A stretch of DNA of 64,000 bases from Candidatus Hodarchaeota archaeon. GTDB lineage: Archaea; Asgardarchaeota; Lokiarchaeia; Sigyniarchaeales; SOKP01. Position 1 is the stretch's first letter. Each line of letters starts with the position of its first letter. The notes below the pieces were generated by a model. It ran no database searches, had not been told where the DNA came from, and was given only the letters and a program-made list of their open reading frames with translations. Both the position numbers and the translations under genes were made by a program. Below, piece by piece: positions 51,576 to 61,716 of the stretch. The stretch is taken from positions 96,001-160,000 of the forward strand of contig JBHLKM010000003.1 of assembly GCA_048886685.1 (NCBI GenBank), written 5' to 3'.

Positions 51576-52741
51576 TGTGTGATACATTTATAGCGCTTGG
51601 GAATGCTAGTAAAGATGGAAATGTTATTTTTGGTAAAAATTCAGATCGCCCTTTTGATGAAGTCCAGTTAATAGTCTATGTCCCTCGAGAAAAGCATGAA
51701 AGTGGAGACCTTTTGAAATGTACATATATCGAAATTCCTCAAGTTAATGAAACTCATGCTGTTCTTTTGAGTCAACCTTGGTGGATGTGGGGTGCAGAGA
51801 TGGGTACAAATGAGTATGGTGTAGTAATAGGGAATGAAGCGGTACATACACTAGAACCAATAAGGAATATTGGATTATTAGGGATGGATTTATTGAGATT
51901 AGGTCTTGAACGAGGAAAAACAGCAAGAGAGGCGTTGGATGTAATTATTGAGTTGTTAGAAACATATGGTCAGGGTGGAGGTTGTGCTTATAATGATCCA
52001 AGTTGGATGTATCATAATTCATTTATTATTGCCGATCCTGATGAGGCTTATGTTTTAGAAACTGCTGATGAGTGGTGGATTGTTGAAAAAATAAACAGTG
52101 TAAGATCTATATCCAACAGTATCTCTATTAGGGGTAAAGGGGATCTGCGAAGAGATGGAATTATAAATCATGCTATAAAGAGAAATTACTGTAAGGATGA
52201 AAATGATTTTGATTTTGCTACAACTTTTTCAGGATCTCTAATATCTACGATGCCTTCACCTCATTCTAGGGAAGGAAAGGCTACTCTATTATTGAAAGAA
52301 AATATAAATCAAATTTCTCCAAAATTGATGATGGACTTTCTTAGAGAACATCAAGCAGGAATTTGCATGCATGGGGGTTTTGAATCAACTGGTTCACAAG
52401 TTTCTCATCTAATGAAAACCAAGAAATCAATTCATTGGTTTACAGGAACTACTCTCCCTTGCGTTAGCATATATAAACCTTATGCATTTCCTATTAATGG
52501 CCAAAAATTCTATGATTCAGGACCGTATTCAAATATTAACTCAGATTGGTTTTGGTGTAAACATACCATGTCAAAACCTATAAAAAGGAAAAAAGAAATT
52601 AGAAATATTGAAGATTCCCTTATTTCTAAAATTGAAAAGCTGTTAAGTCAGGGAGACAAAATCTCTGAAGATGAATTTATAGAAAAAATAGGAAAGCTTA
52701 ATATTGAAGCTTGGAACAAATCCTACCAGATGTCTCAATAA
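51575..52741 (+). CDS. Secernin-like peptidase C69 (Ntn hydrolase), copy 2
   Basis: Same motifs as copy 1; TGATG stop/start overlap. Confidence 0.9.
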   Translation: MCDTFIALGNASKDGNVIFGKNSDRPFDEVQLIVYVPREKHESGDLLKCTYIEIPQVNETHAVLLSQPWWMWGAEMGTNEYGVVIGNEAVHTLEPIRNIGLLGMDLLRLGLERGKTAREALDVIIELLETYGQGGGCAYNDPSWMYHNSFIIADPDEAYVLETADEWWIVEKINSVRSISNSISIRGKGDLRRDGIINHAIKRNYCKDENDFDFATTFSGSLISTMPSPHSREGKATLLLKENINQISPKLMMDFLREHQAGICMHGGFESTGSQVSHLMKTKKSIHWFTGTTLPCVSIYKPYAFPINGQKFYDSGPYSNINSDWFWCKHTMSKPIKRKKEIRNIEDSLISKIEKLLSQGDKISEDEFIEKIGKLNIEAWNKSYQMSQ

Positions 52742-52875
52742 TGAGAAATTTCTATTTCATTTGGTTTGTCATATCTCACTGAAAAGTTAATAAAATCTTT
52801 TTTTAATAAAACTTAATAGCTTAAGAGTATTTCTTCTTTTATTATATTACAACAAAATCTTTATTGATTTTTCAG

Positions 52876-53169
52876 ATGTCACAGAGTAAATTAGATCTTT
52901 TAGGTATGGAAGGAGTAATTTCAAATTATAAACGAGGGCGTCATACTATTCACCAGAAACATTGCATATTAGTTTTCACGGATATTAAGACTAGAAAAGA
53001 TGCAAATCGGCTTATTGGTCGAACTGTCGTTTGGAAAAGTTCATCTGGTAAGGAATTAAAAGGGATAATTACTCGAGCTCATGGTAACAATGGAGCCGTC
53101 CGGGCTCATTTTAAGAAAGCAGGAGTCCCAGGCCAAGCTCTTGGAACAAAAATAAAAATCATAAAATAA
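52876..53169 (+). CDS. rpl35ae: 50S ribosomal protein L35Ae (eL33)
   Basis: GVISNYKRG, G.ITRAHGNNGAVRAHF...PGQALG. Confidence 0.93.
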   Translation: MSQSKLDLLGMEGVISNYKRGRHTIHQKHCILVFTDIKTRKDANRLIGRTVVWKSSSGKELKGIITRAHGNNGAVRAHFKKAGVPGQALGTKIKIIK

Positions 53170-53327
53170 TATTTTTTGTTCAAAAGGATTTTTTCTTTTT
53201 TCTTATATCTGGATATTACATGATACATGAATAATATATTCTTTTTTGTATTTTTGACATTGTAAGATCTTTGATAAAGCGATTTGTAAAGATTTTCGAA
53301 TTTATTGGTTGGGTTTAAATTTTTAAA

Positions 53328-55349
53328 ATGTCAGATCAAGTTTGCCGATTTTGCCAAAGATATGTGCAGTTGACTTATTATTGTGATGAGTGTGGTGCTA
53401 ATTGTTGTTCTGACTGTTTACATGAAAAAAAAGTTGATTATTATCTTTGCCAAGAGTGCAATTCGAAAAATATAGGTCCTCCTGATTCTGATAAAAACAA
53501 AGTATGTAATGATTGTGGTAATGACAATATAATTAAAATAAACCAACCTTTAAAATCATGTCCAAAGTGTGGATCTCACAAAATTATTAACATTTATGAA
53601 AAGAAAGAAGATTTAGAAAAAGAATTTTTAGAATTGATAAAAAATTCTCGCTTATTTATTAATCCCTTAAGAGAGGTTCTCGATAAGTTATTTATCCTTC
53701 AACAAGAAATAAAAAAAGCCAGAGATCCTCCTATAAGATGTTACCATTTTCCTAAAATGGAATCTGATTTATTAGCTCTCTTTAAATTGTTTGTTTACGT
53801 GCAAAATACATTATTTGATAAAATTAATGCCCACTTTCATCAAATGGTTTTATACAAAGAATACTTTTTTGATATTTACTCTCAACCAAATTCTAATATA
53901 ACAATTATTGAAGGTATCTTTGATAATCTCCTTAGAAGTCATAATTCTATCAATGATTTTGTATTCAATAACGTTAAGACTTTTAAAGATAGTATCGCTT
54001 CTTTTGAAGCTAACCTAAAATTTGTTGAAAAAATTAGTCTTTATTTCTCCACTTATAAGAAATTAATAAAATTGGCAGAAAAAGAAAAACCTGTCTATGC
54101 AATCTACGCTAAACTAGTCAATGGACTGAACACAGATGATAGGTTTAAGAAAGACAGAGGAATTTTATTTATCACTAATTTAGATTTATCTTTCATTCAT
54201 GAGTTTGGTTTAAGAAAGAAAAAGCGGGCATTGATTTTTAAAGCCCCAGTTCGAGATTTAATTAGGATAAAAGAAAAAGGAAAAGTCTTCAAAAAATTAT
54301 ACCTTGAATTTGAGTATGGGAAATATGAATTTACATTACCAAATAATGCTCTTTCTAGAGTTATAGAATATATTCTATTGGCAAGAACATTTGACGAATC
54401 CACCGTTTATGATAGTAAATCAGCAACTAAACTCCAAAGAGTCGAAATCGATTTAAATGAGCTAGCAAATTTTATTGAAGAAAGCATTAACTCATTCTTT
54501 AGCCTAAAATGTCAATACAATAAAAGTTCTCAAAAGATAAGTAGGTATAATCAAATTTTTCCTCAATTTTATAATGGGCAAACTAACCAAATTCCAATTT
54601 CAATGCATCAATCTCGAAATCAAGAATTTCCTTATCAAAGTGAAAATTTAGGACAGTTAGAGATGAATCAGGCATTTATTCAAAATCCAAATAATCAATA
54701 TCTTCCATTTTACATTCGAGGAGTAGGTCAATCTCCTCAAGGTTTATATAACTATATTAGCTCTTTGAATCATTATCAACAATCCAACCCAGCCCAAAGT
54801 AGGTTCTTTCCACAAAATTTCATCAATCCAAATCGCTTTCAAAATTATAATCCTCAAAAAATCAAATCCAACTTTGAAGAGCTTCTCGATATTGAAGAGA
54901 ACGATATTCTAACGAGAAATTTAGAACAAACACAAGCTTTTAATCCACAATACCGGAATCAAATAGAACCTGAAATTTTAAATGATAGAAATAGCTTTCA
55001 AGAATTTAACAAAAATCATTTATCTGACCTGTTTAATATAAATAATTCTTTAACTCAGCAATCTTATAAGCATAAAAGGAAGTTGTTTAAATTAGATCGA
55101 GAAAAACATGAAAAAATGCTTGAACTAGAAAAGGAAAGATACAGTCTTAAAGCAACGTTGAAAAAACTTGAAACTAAATTTGATCAAGGATCCATATCAG
55201 AAAGCGATTATTTTCGTACCTATAGAAATTTAAATAAAGAAATTTATTTAATCGATAATAAAATTCAAAAATTAAGACAGAGTTTAGAAGAATTAGAATC
55301 CCTTAAACAAAACAGCAGAAATTTTGATAATAAAAGATTCTATACCTAG
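53328..55349 (+). CDS. Multidomain protein: Zn fingers, helical region, PH/GRAM-like domain, Q/N-rich linker, C-terminal steadiness-box-like (Vps23/ESCRT-I-like) coiled coil
   Basis: Six CxxC pairs; GILFITNLDLSF; Q/N/P/Y-rich tract; KLETKFDQGSISESDYFRTYRNLNKEIYLI. Confidence 0.6.
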   Translation: MSDQVCRFCQRYVQLTYYCDECGANCCSDCLHEKKVDYYLCQECNSKNIGPPDSDKNKVCNDCGNDNIIKINQPLKSCPKCGSHKIINIYEKKEDLEKEFLELIKNSRLFINPLREVLDKLFILQQEIKKARDPPIRCYHFPKMESDLLALFKLFVYVQNTLFDKINAHFHQMVLYKEYFFDIYSQPNSNITIIEGIFDNLLRSHNSINDFVFNNVKTFKDSIASFEANLKFVEKISLYFSTYKKLIKLAEKEKPVYAIYAKLVNGLNTDDRFKKDRGILFITNLDLSFIHEFGLRKKKRALIFKAPVRDLIRIKEKGKVFKKLYLEFEYGKYEFTLPNNALSRVIEYILLARTFDESTVYDSKSATKLQRVEIDLNELANFIEESINSFFSLKCQYNKSSQKISRYNQIFPQFYNGQTNQIPISMHQSRNQEFPYQSENLGQLEMNQAFIQNPNNQYLPFYIRGVGQSPQGLYNYISSLNHYQQSNPAQSRFFPQNFINPNRFQNYNPQKIKSNFEELLDIEENDILTRNLEQTQAFNPQYRNQIEPEILNDRNSFQEFNKNHLSDLFNINNSLTQQSYKHKRKLFKLDREKHEKMLELEKERYSLKATLKKLETKFDQGSISESDYFRTYRNLNKEIYLIDNKIQKLRQSLEELESLKQNSRNFDNKRFYT

Positions 55350-55431
55350 CTCTTTATTAATACATATTTTATGCAAATTCTGCATATTCTACGTTATTTA
55401 AATTTATATTCTTTTAAATTTTATAGAAGAT

Positions 55432-56448
55432 ATGGATAATCCCCCGTTTTCCACAGTAGTTGGAAGTTGGCCATTGAGCAATAATGCGGAGAATATGCTT
55501 AGGGTATTTAATGATCTAATTCAAATTGGCATTGATTATCCATGTTATCCTCAATTAATTTCTATGATTTCTCAGTTTTTAATCCCACTATCAAATGAAA
55601 TTGCCCAATTAGAAGAAATTAACAACAAATTTTATTTATCAGATGATTTCGAAATCCCAAAAATCCCGATAGCTTTAGAGTATGGAGAATTCATAAAAAA
55701 TTTTTTTAATGAACGAGTACAGCTTTCAAAACAAATTATGGGAACAAAAGCCTGTTTAACAGGGCCAATAACGTTAGCATCTGAAATTATATTAAAAGGT
55801 GAAATTGCAAATGACCTCAAACCTAGAATCTTTACAGAATCTAGAGCAGTAATGGTAGATTGGATCGTGGAAAAATTAGCAGGAATTATGAAAAAGTTAG
55901 GAAAAGCATATAATAGTATGGGTATAAATATAATTTCTATGGATGAACCTCTTTTGGGTATTTTAATTGGAAGAAAGGTGCTTTTTCACTCGGAGGAGTT
56001 CATTGTAGAAATTCTAAATGAGGCTATCTCAGAAATAAAGTCTTTATCATCAATTCATGTGTGTGGCAGAATTAGCCCTAAATGCCGTGACATACTCCTT
56101 CAAACTGATGTGAACATATTGGACCATGAGTTTAGAACTAATGAGGAAAATTTTGATATTTTTCAAAAAGAGCATTTAGAAAATAATGATAAATTATTAG
56201 CTTTAGGCACAGTTAAATCGAAGTTCACACCAATAGAAGGATGTGAAATCAATGATTACATCGAAGGAATAAATTCTTTAGAAGCTTATATTAGAACAGC
56301 TATTAAACAGTATGGTAAGGAAAATTTAATAATCAAGCCCGATTGCGGTTTTTTATCTTTAAAAGATTCATTTGGGGAAGAAATCGGTTATGAAATAGCA
56401 ATAAGAAAAGTAAAGAATATGGTACAAGCTCTAAAAAGAATTAAATAA
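55432..56448 (+). CDS. MetE-like methionine synthase (single catalytic barrel)
   Basis: VVGSWP, LTGPITLA, MDEP, IHVCG, DHE, PDCG Zn ligands. Confidence 0.82.
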   Translation: MDNPPFSTVVGSWPLSNNAENMLRVFNDLIQIGIDYPCYPQLISMISQFLIPLSNEIAQLEEINNKFYLSDDFEIPKIPIALEYGEFIKNFFNERVQLSKQIMGTKACLTGPITLASEIILKGEIANDLKPRIFTESRAVMVDWIVEKLAGIMKKLGKAYNSMGINIISMDEPLLGILIGRKVLFHSEEFIVEILNEAISEIKSLSSIHVCGRISPKCRDILLQTDVNILDHEFRTNEENFDIFQKEHLENNDKLLALGTVKSKFTPIEGCEINDYIEGINSLEAYIRTAIKQYGKENLIIKPDCGFLSLKDSFGEEIGYEIAIRKVKNMVQALKRIK

Positions 56449-56491
56449 CTAATAATATTCTTTTAATGTGTAAAAAATTTATGAAAAAGTG

Positions 56492-57139
56492 TTATCCTTG
56501 TAATTCTTTTCTTAGTTTTTCTATTTCTTTATTTAATTTTTCTTTAGATTTTACTTCGTCTAATTCTTCAATTTCATACTCTGGAATATATTGTAAATCA
56601 TCTGAAGGAATTTCTGGCATTGCCCCTCCTTGGTCAAGAAGCATTTCCGTCTCAAGTTGATTCAATTCCTCTGTCACATCAATCGCAAGATCAATTTCAG
56701 GGTCTCCTGCCAAAATATCCGCTGCTTCTTCAATTTCTGCAACATATGCCTCAGAGTCTTCCGCAATTTCTGCAACTTTAGCAGGTGAAGCTCTTGTGGC
56801 GATATACTCCAATTCATCGCGTATTCCACTAAAGATGTCTCCTGTAGCTGAGATTAATTGGCCCTCCTCAATAGCCTGAATCTGACGTTCTATTTTTGCC
56901 CTAATGTTATTTGTTCTATCAACTTTAGCGTTATAAGATTTGTATTGAATAAGATAATTTTTTGCGCGATCTTTTTCACCCCGTTTCAATGCAATTTTAG
57001 CATTCTTACGGCTTATCTCAGCTCGTTTGGTGTAATTTCTATTAATTAAATTTAATCTATGAATATGGCTCTTAGCTTTTGATACTAAGTCGTCTTTCTC
57101 TTTACCTTTCCGAGGAAAGAGCTTTTTTTTTAATCCCAC
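56492..57139 (-). CDS. ESCRT-III Snf7-family protein (Vps20/32/60-like)
   Basis: Amphipathic N-terminus GLKKKLF; basic hairpin AKIALKRGEKDRAKNYL; acidic C-half; EELNQLE; MPEIPS. Confidence 0.88.
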   Translation of the reverse strand: MGLKKKLFPRKGKEKDDLVSKAKSHIHRLNLINRNYTKRAEISRKNAKIALKRGEKDRAKNYLIQYKSYNAKVDRTNNIRAKIERQIQAIEEGQLISATGDIFSGIRDELEYIATRASPAKVAEIAEDSEAYVAEIEEAADILAGDPEIDLAIDVTEELNQLETEMLLDQGGAMPEIPSDDLQYIPEYEIEELDEVKSKEKLNKEIEKLRKELQG

Positions 57140-57266
57140 TGACTATTCAACTCTTTTTTTTATGATTTATATGATTTTTCTAACTTAAAAATTTAATATT
57201 ATTCAATATAATATAATAAATTAATTCTCAACAAAAAAGTTTTCATAGACCGAAATTTGATTTATT

Positions 57267-58382
57267 ATGAAAAAAATAATCCTAAATTTTGAGATTAAGA
57301 AAAAGAATTTTAAGGAATTAGTTCAAGAAGCATTTAATAAGGATATCTTAAATTATTTAGTTTCAAATAAAACTTATTCTGATTTTAAAGGCATAGAAAG
57401 GATTAATCTATTTACAAGAGATCTGGATATTCCAGCACAATATTTTATAACTGATAATAGAGAGAACCTAAAAGTATTATTAGATAATAATAAATTCTCG
57501 GAAAGAATAATTGGATTTTATAAAGAATTAAAATCGAAAGACGATGAGAAAGTAATTGTCGAACTTTCTAAAAGTAAACAAGTAGATTTTATTATTGTTT
57601 CGGCTAAAGACTGGAAAATTATCCCTTTTGAAAACCTTATTGCTGAAATGCATAAAACAGATACTGATTTAATTGCAGCAGTAGATACGGTTGATGAAGC
57701 AGAATTAATGTTAAAGACTTTAGAAATTGGCGTAGATGGGATACTTTTAACACCAGAAGATATTGATGACATTATTCATTTAAAAAAACTTTTGGATGTC
57801 ACTTTTCAGATTGAACTTTCAAAAGCAAAAGTAGTCAATATTGAGAATATACCTGAAGCTGAAAGAGTATGTGTTGATACAACATCACTTCTAAAAGTAG
57901 GAGAAGGCCTTCTCGTAGGTTCAACAGCGACAGGTTTTTGTTTAATCCATTCTGAAACATTTGAAACTCAATTTGTAGCATCCAGGCCATTTAGAGTTAA
58001 TGCAGGGGATGTATCTGCTTATGTTTTAGTACCTGATGATGATCCTGAAAAAATATTTCGTACCAAATATCTGAGCGAATTAAAAGGTGGAGATAAAGTA
58101 TTAGCCATTACAGAAAGAGGTGAAGTAAGAATTGTATCAATCGGAAGGGTTAAAATTGAAACTAGACCAATGTTGAGATTTGAATTAGAAGCTTCATTAG
58201 AGGATAAAAAAATACCTATCAGTTGCATTTGCCAGAACGCTGAAACAATTCGCTTAGTTGGTGTTGATGGTAAGGCTAAATCTGTTGTTGATATTAAAAT
58301 TGGTGATGAGGTTTTAGTCCATATAGGTCCTGGAGCAACTCATTTCGGTACTCCAATAAAAGAAACTATAATTGAAAAATAA
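57267..58382 (+). CDS. 3-dehydroquinate synthase II
   Basis: DWKIIPFENLIA, LEIGVDG, RVCVDT, GEGLLVGS, RPFRVNAG, QNAETIRL, HFG. Confidence 0.95.
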   Translation: MKKIILNFEIKKKNFKELVQEAFNKDILNYLVSNKTYSDFKGIERINLFTRDLDIPAQYFITDNRENLKVLLDNNKFSERIIGFYKELKSKDDEKVIVELSKSKQVDFIIVSAKDWKIIPFENLIAEMHKTDTDLIAAVDTVDEAELMLKTLEIGVDGILLTPEDIDDIIHLKKLLDVTFQIELSKAKVVNIENIPEAERVCVDTTSLLKVGEGLLVGSTATGFCLIHSETFETQFVASRPFRVNAGDVSAYVLVPDDDPEKIFRTKYLSELKGGDKVLAITERGEVRIVSIGRVKIETRPMLRFELEASLEDKKIPISCICQNAETIRLVGVDGKAKSVVDIKIGDEVLVHIGPGATHFGTPIKETIIEK

Positions 58383-58406
58383 ATATATTAGAAAGATAGA
58401 TAACTA

Positions 58407-59534
58407 TTAGACGTTTCCATCCTTGAACAATGGAATTATTTCTTCACTCACTATTCTTGAAGCATCCCAGTAAGTAAATGGAGCATTTTTGCTAGAAGCC
58501 CTATTTGTGGATGAAAATATGAAATGATTAGCACCAGCCTCGATGTAAGATTTAATTCTTTTAATAATATCTTCTTTAGTTCCAATCATTAAACTTTCAT
58601 GTATTAACTCATCTGGAATATCTTGAACTATAGGTTCTAATTTTCCTATATCAAATCTCCTTACGTCCTCTCTATCAATTTTTAAGATGTTCATATCTTC
58701 ACTTTTACGACCAGTTGCTCCTAAATAAAGTTCCTCATATTCATCTTTCCAATATCCTAGTTCTTTTATTCGTCTTGGATTTGTTAGTAATTCATATTTA
58801 TTCCCTAGTATTCTCTGATTGATTAATTTCTCGTTGTCATTTATAAATAGGAAATGAAAAATCCCAAATGAGAAATTTTCTAAATCCCTTCCTATTTCGT
58901 TCATAACCTTAATAATTTCTTGTCTCTTTTTCTTATACGTGACCTTATCAATTCCAACAGGCATCCAACCATCTGCTATCTCTCCTGTTAGTTTTAATGT
59001 TTTAGGGCTATTTGCACCAATCCAGATCGGTATAGTCGATACAGGTTGAGGGAGTAAATTCGCATTTTTCGCTTTGTAGTGTTGCCCTTCAAATGAAACA
59101 TTCCTACCTTCAGTCCAAAATGATTTCATATAATTAATAGATTCCCTCATTTTGGAAAGTGCACGGTCAGAGGGTATACCATAAGCTTTTAAATTCATGC
59201 CTTCCCCAGCGCCAATACCCAAAATAAGATTTCCTTCAGTAAGGTGGTTTATAGAGGTGCATAACTGTGCCAGAACTGCAGGATGTATTCTATGAGGATC
59301 TGTAACTGCAGTTCCAAATGATTTTCCTTTAACCAATTCTGCCATTGCCCCAAATAATGCCCAAGGACTTAAAAAATCGTCAACCAAAGTACCTCCCATG
59401 CCAGATAGGTGATCGGGGAGCCAAAGAGAATCCCAATTTTCCTTACTTGCTGCTATTACTTTTTTTCGGAAAAAATCATACGAATGAAGATAGTATATTT
59501 GATGACCGAATTTTATTTCACTCAAATTTATCAC
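58407..59534 (-). CDS. LLM-class (luciferase-like), probably F420-dependent oxidoreductase
   Basis: WLPDH, GTAVTDP..HPAVLAQ, LGIGAGE, IWIGA.SP, ADGW. Confidence 0.88.
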   Translation of the reverse strand: MINLSEIKFGHQIYYLHSYDFFRKKVIAASKENWDSLWLPDHLSGMGGTLVDDFLSPWALFGAMAELVKGKSFGTAVTDPHRIHPAVLAQLCTSINHLTEGNLILGIGAGEGMNLKAYGIPSDRALSKMRESINYMKSFWTEGRNVSFEGQHYKAKNANLLPQPVSTIPIWIGANSPKTLKLTGEIADGWMPVGIDKVTYKKKRQEIIKVMNEIGRDLENFSFGIFHFLFINDNEKLINQRILGNKYELLTNPRRIKELGYWKDEYEELYLGATGRKSEDMNILKIDREDVRRFDIGKLEPIVQDIPDELIHESLMIGTKEDIIKRIKSYIEAGANHFIFSSTNRASSKNAPFTYWDASRIVSEEIIPLFKDGNV

Positions 59535-59633
59535 TCAAAAACCATTTAGATTTTGTTAACAAATAGTACATAGTTTTAAAAATTCTCTCTTTCTTAAATT
59601 ATTATATAGCAAATTAATACCAATAAAAGAACC

Positions 59634-60908
59634 ATGACAACATTTTGGGCTCCATTATTACACATTTACCAACCACCTACACAAGATCTTAAAGTTTTAA
59701 AATCAATAGATGAAGAATGCTACAAACCTTTATTTAGTCTAGTTGATGCTTATGATGAAGTTAAATTTAGTTTAAATGTAAGTGGTATTCTCATTGAGTT
59801 ATTATATGAATTCGGTTTATCTGATACGATGGATTTATTAAAAAACCTTGTATCTGAAGACAAAATTGAGGTTGTTGGAACAGCTAAATATCACCCCATA
59901 CTTCCATTGATACCAAAAAAAGAAGCTCAATATCAAATTCAAATGAATGAAGAAATAAATCGAAGAGAATTTGGTCGATGGCAAAGAAAAGGTTTTTTTC
60001 CACCCGAAATGGCAATATCTGGAAGTGTTGCTAAATATATTCGCCATTTAGGATACAAATGGGTTATAATGAGTGGTATTGCTTGCCCTGAAGATTGGTC
60101 TTACGATAAAATTTATATTTCTCCTAATGGACTTCAATTATTCTTTAGAGATGATATTCTAAGTAACAAGATTTCCTTCAAGAGCATCTCACCAAAGGAA
60201 TTTATAAAAACGGTTAAAGAGATTTTCCAGCCAAATTTAGATCCAAAGAAAAAATCCATCACTGAGATTGATAGATATATAATTACAGCTATGGATGGTG
60301 AAACATTTGGTCATCATATCAAAAATTATGAAAAAACTTTTCTAAAAAAGGTATTAGATCTCATTAATGATGAAGAAAGCATTAGAACTGTGTTTATATC
60401 AGAATTAGATCGATATTTCCCATTAAGTAATAAAAAAATTATCCCACGTGAATCGAGCTGGAGTACAACTTATGAAGATATTCAAGCAGGTATTCCTTAT
60501 CCATTATGGAAACATCCAGAAAACAACGTTCATAAATATTATTGGAAATTAATGAAATCTCTGAATAATTTAATGAATTTAGCTGACAACATAGATTTAA
60601 CAGTAGATTGGGAGGTTGAGAATTATTACAATACTGCAAGGTACTTTTATAATCGTGGAATATATTCATGTCCAACCTGGTGGGCTAATCCGCAAAATAA
60701 AACATGGAGTCCTAATCTTATTTATAAGGGAATAGAACTACTCATGAGAGCAGCACTGAATGCTCAATTGGCGTTGGTTTACGTTGGAAAATCTGATCAT
60801 AGTGATGGTTACTATGATTCCATCTCATTATATCACAGTTTGCTCTTAATGGAATTGTCTAATATAACAAAAAAGAACATAAAAAGGTATAATCAAAATA
60901 AAGACTAG
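59634..60908 (+). CDS. Glycoside hydrolase family 57 protein
   Basis: HIYQP, YHPILP, FFPPEMA, AMDGETFGHH, SSW. Confidence 0.92.
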   Translation: MTTFWAPLLHIYQPPTQDLKVLKSIDEECYKPLFSLVDAYDEVKFSLNVSGILIELLYEFGLSDTMDLLKNLVSEDKIEVVGTAKYHPILPLIPKKEAQYQIQMNEEINRREFGRWQRKGFFPPEMAISGSVAKYIRHLGYKWVIMSGIACPEDWSYDKIYISPNGLQLFFRDDILSNKISFKSISPKEFIKTVKEIFQPNLDPKKKSITEIDRYIITAMDGETFGHHIKNYEKTFLKKVLDLINDEESIRTVFISELDRYFPLSNKKIIPRESSWSTTYEDIQAGIPYPLWKHPENNVHKYYWKLMKSLNNLMNLADNIDLTVDWEVENYYNTARYFYNRGIYSCPTWWANPQNKTWSPNLIYKGIELLMRAALNAQLALVYVGKSDHSDGYYDSISLYHSLLLMELSNITKKNIKRYNQNKD

Positions 60909-60922
60909 CAGAATTAATGATT

Positions 60923-61300
60923 TTACTTAATTAATTTTCCAAGAACCTCATTCCACTTTTCTAAATCACGCACATACCATGCAATTGAATCAGTTACTCC
61001 TTTTTCATTTGTAAATATTACATTTAAAAGAGGTCTTAACACTGATCTGTACATATGAGATTTTGGATTTTTTATCTCAATGATAGATTTAACTGGAATT
61101 AATATTTTTTTTTTAGGTTTCCACATACCAAAGAATAGTTCCTCTTCTGTTAGCAATAGAACACCATTTCCACGAATTTTACCTAATCCTAACAATTCTT
61201 GTCCGAAAAAATTACTTGAATCGTCTTTAATTAATACATCCTCATCCTTATATTTTTTATGGATTTCATTTATCCGTTTCCTAAATAATTTTTTTAACAT
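60923..61300 (-). CDS. Small PH/GRAM-like domain protein
   Basis: RGNGVLLLTEEELFF...ILIPVKSIIEI...C-terminal W-containing helix. Confidence 0.6.
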   Translation of the reverse strand: MLKKLFRKRINEIHKKYKDEDVLIKDDSSNFFGQELLGLGKIRGNGVLLLTEEELFFGMWKPKKKILIPVKSIIEIKNPKSHMYRSVLRPLLNVIFTNEKGVTDSIAWYVRDLEKWNEVLGKLIK

Positions 61301-61364
61301 ATAATTATCAAATCATAATTCTCTATATTTTAACCTAGTCCCATTAATCATTCATTTGTTTTCT

Positions 61365-61565
61365 TCAATTATATACCAATCTTCGAAATGGAATTTTAAC
61401 ACTTAAATTTGTAGGAATATAAGGAGGTTAATCTTCATACCGCCATGATCGAGGTTGAAATTGTGTAACTGGAAAAAAATCAGTTTTTAAAGTCATACAC
61501 GATATCGGAACAGCGTCAAGTTTTTCGAAATAAAAAGCTCTTCTTACTCTCTCCTTACCATTCAT
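61365..61565 (-). pseudogene. Remnant N-terminus of a uroporphyrinogen-decarboxylase/methyltransferase-family gene
   Basis: MNGKERVRRAFYFEKLDAVP...QPRSWRYED*PPYIP...YN*: resembles the M..RERV..A.....PDRVP start, with in-frame stops. Confidence 0.5.
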
Positions 61566-61716
61566 AGAATTTCAATTGAATCTAATTATTAATTAATGAT
61601 CAAAATATAAACATAAATTATTTAATACCTAGTTTATATATTAAACCAGATATAAATTTAAAAAAGAATTCAACTTGAAAACAGAGTTCTTATAATTTTA
61701 ACGTACTTGGTAAATA

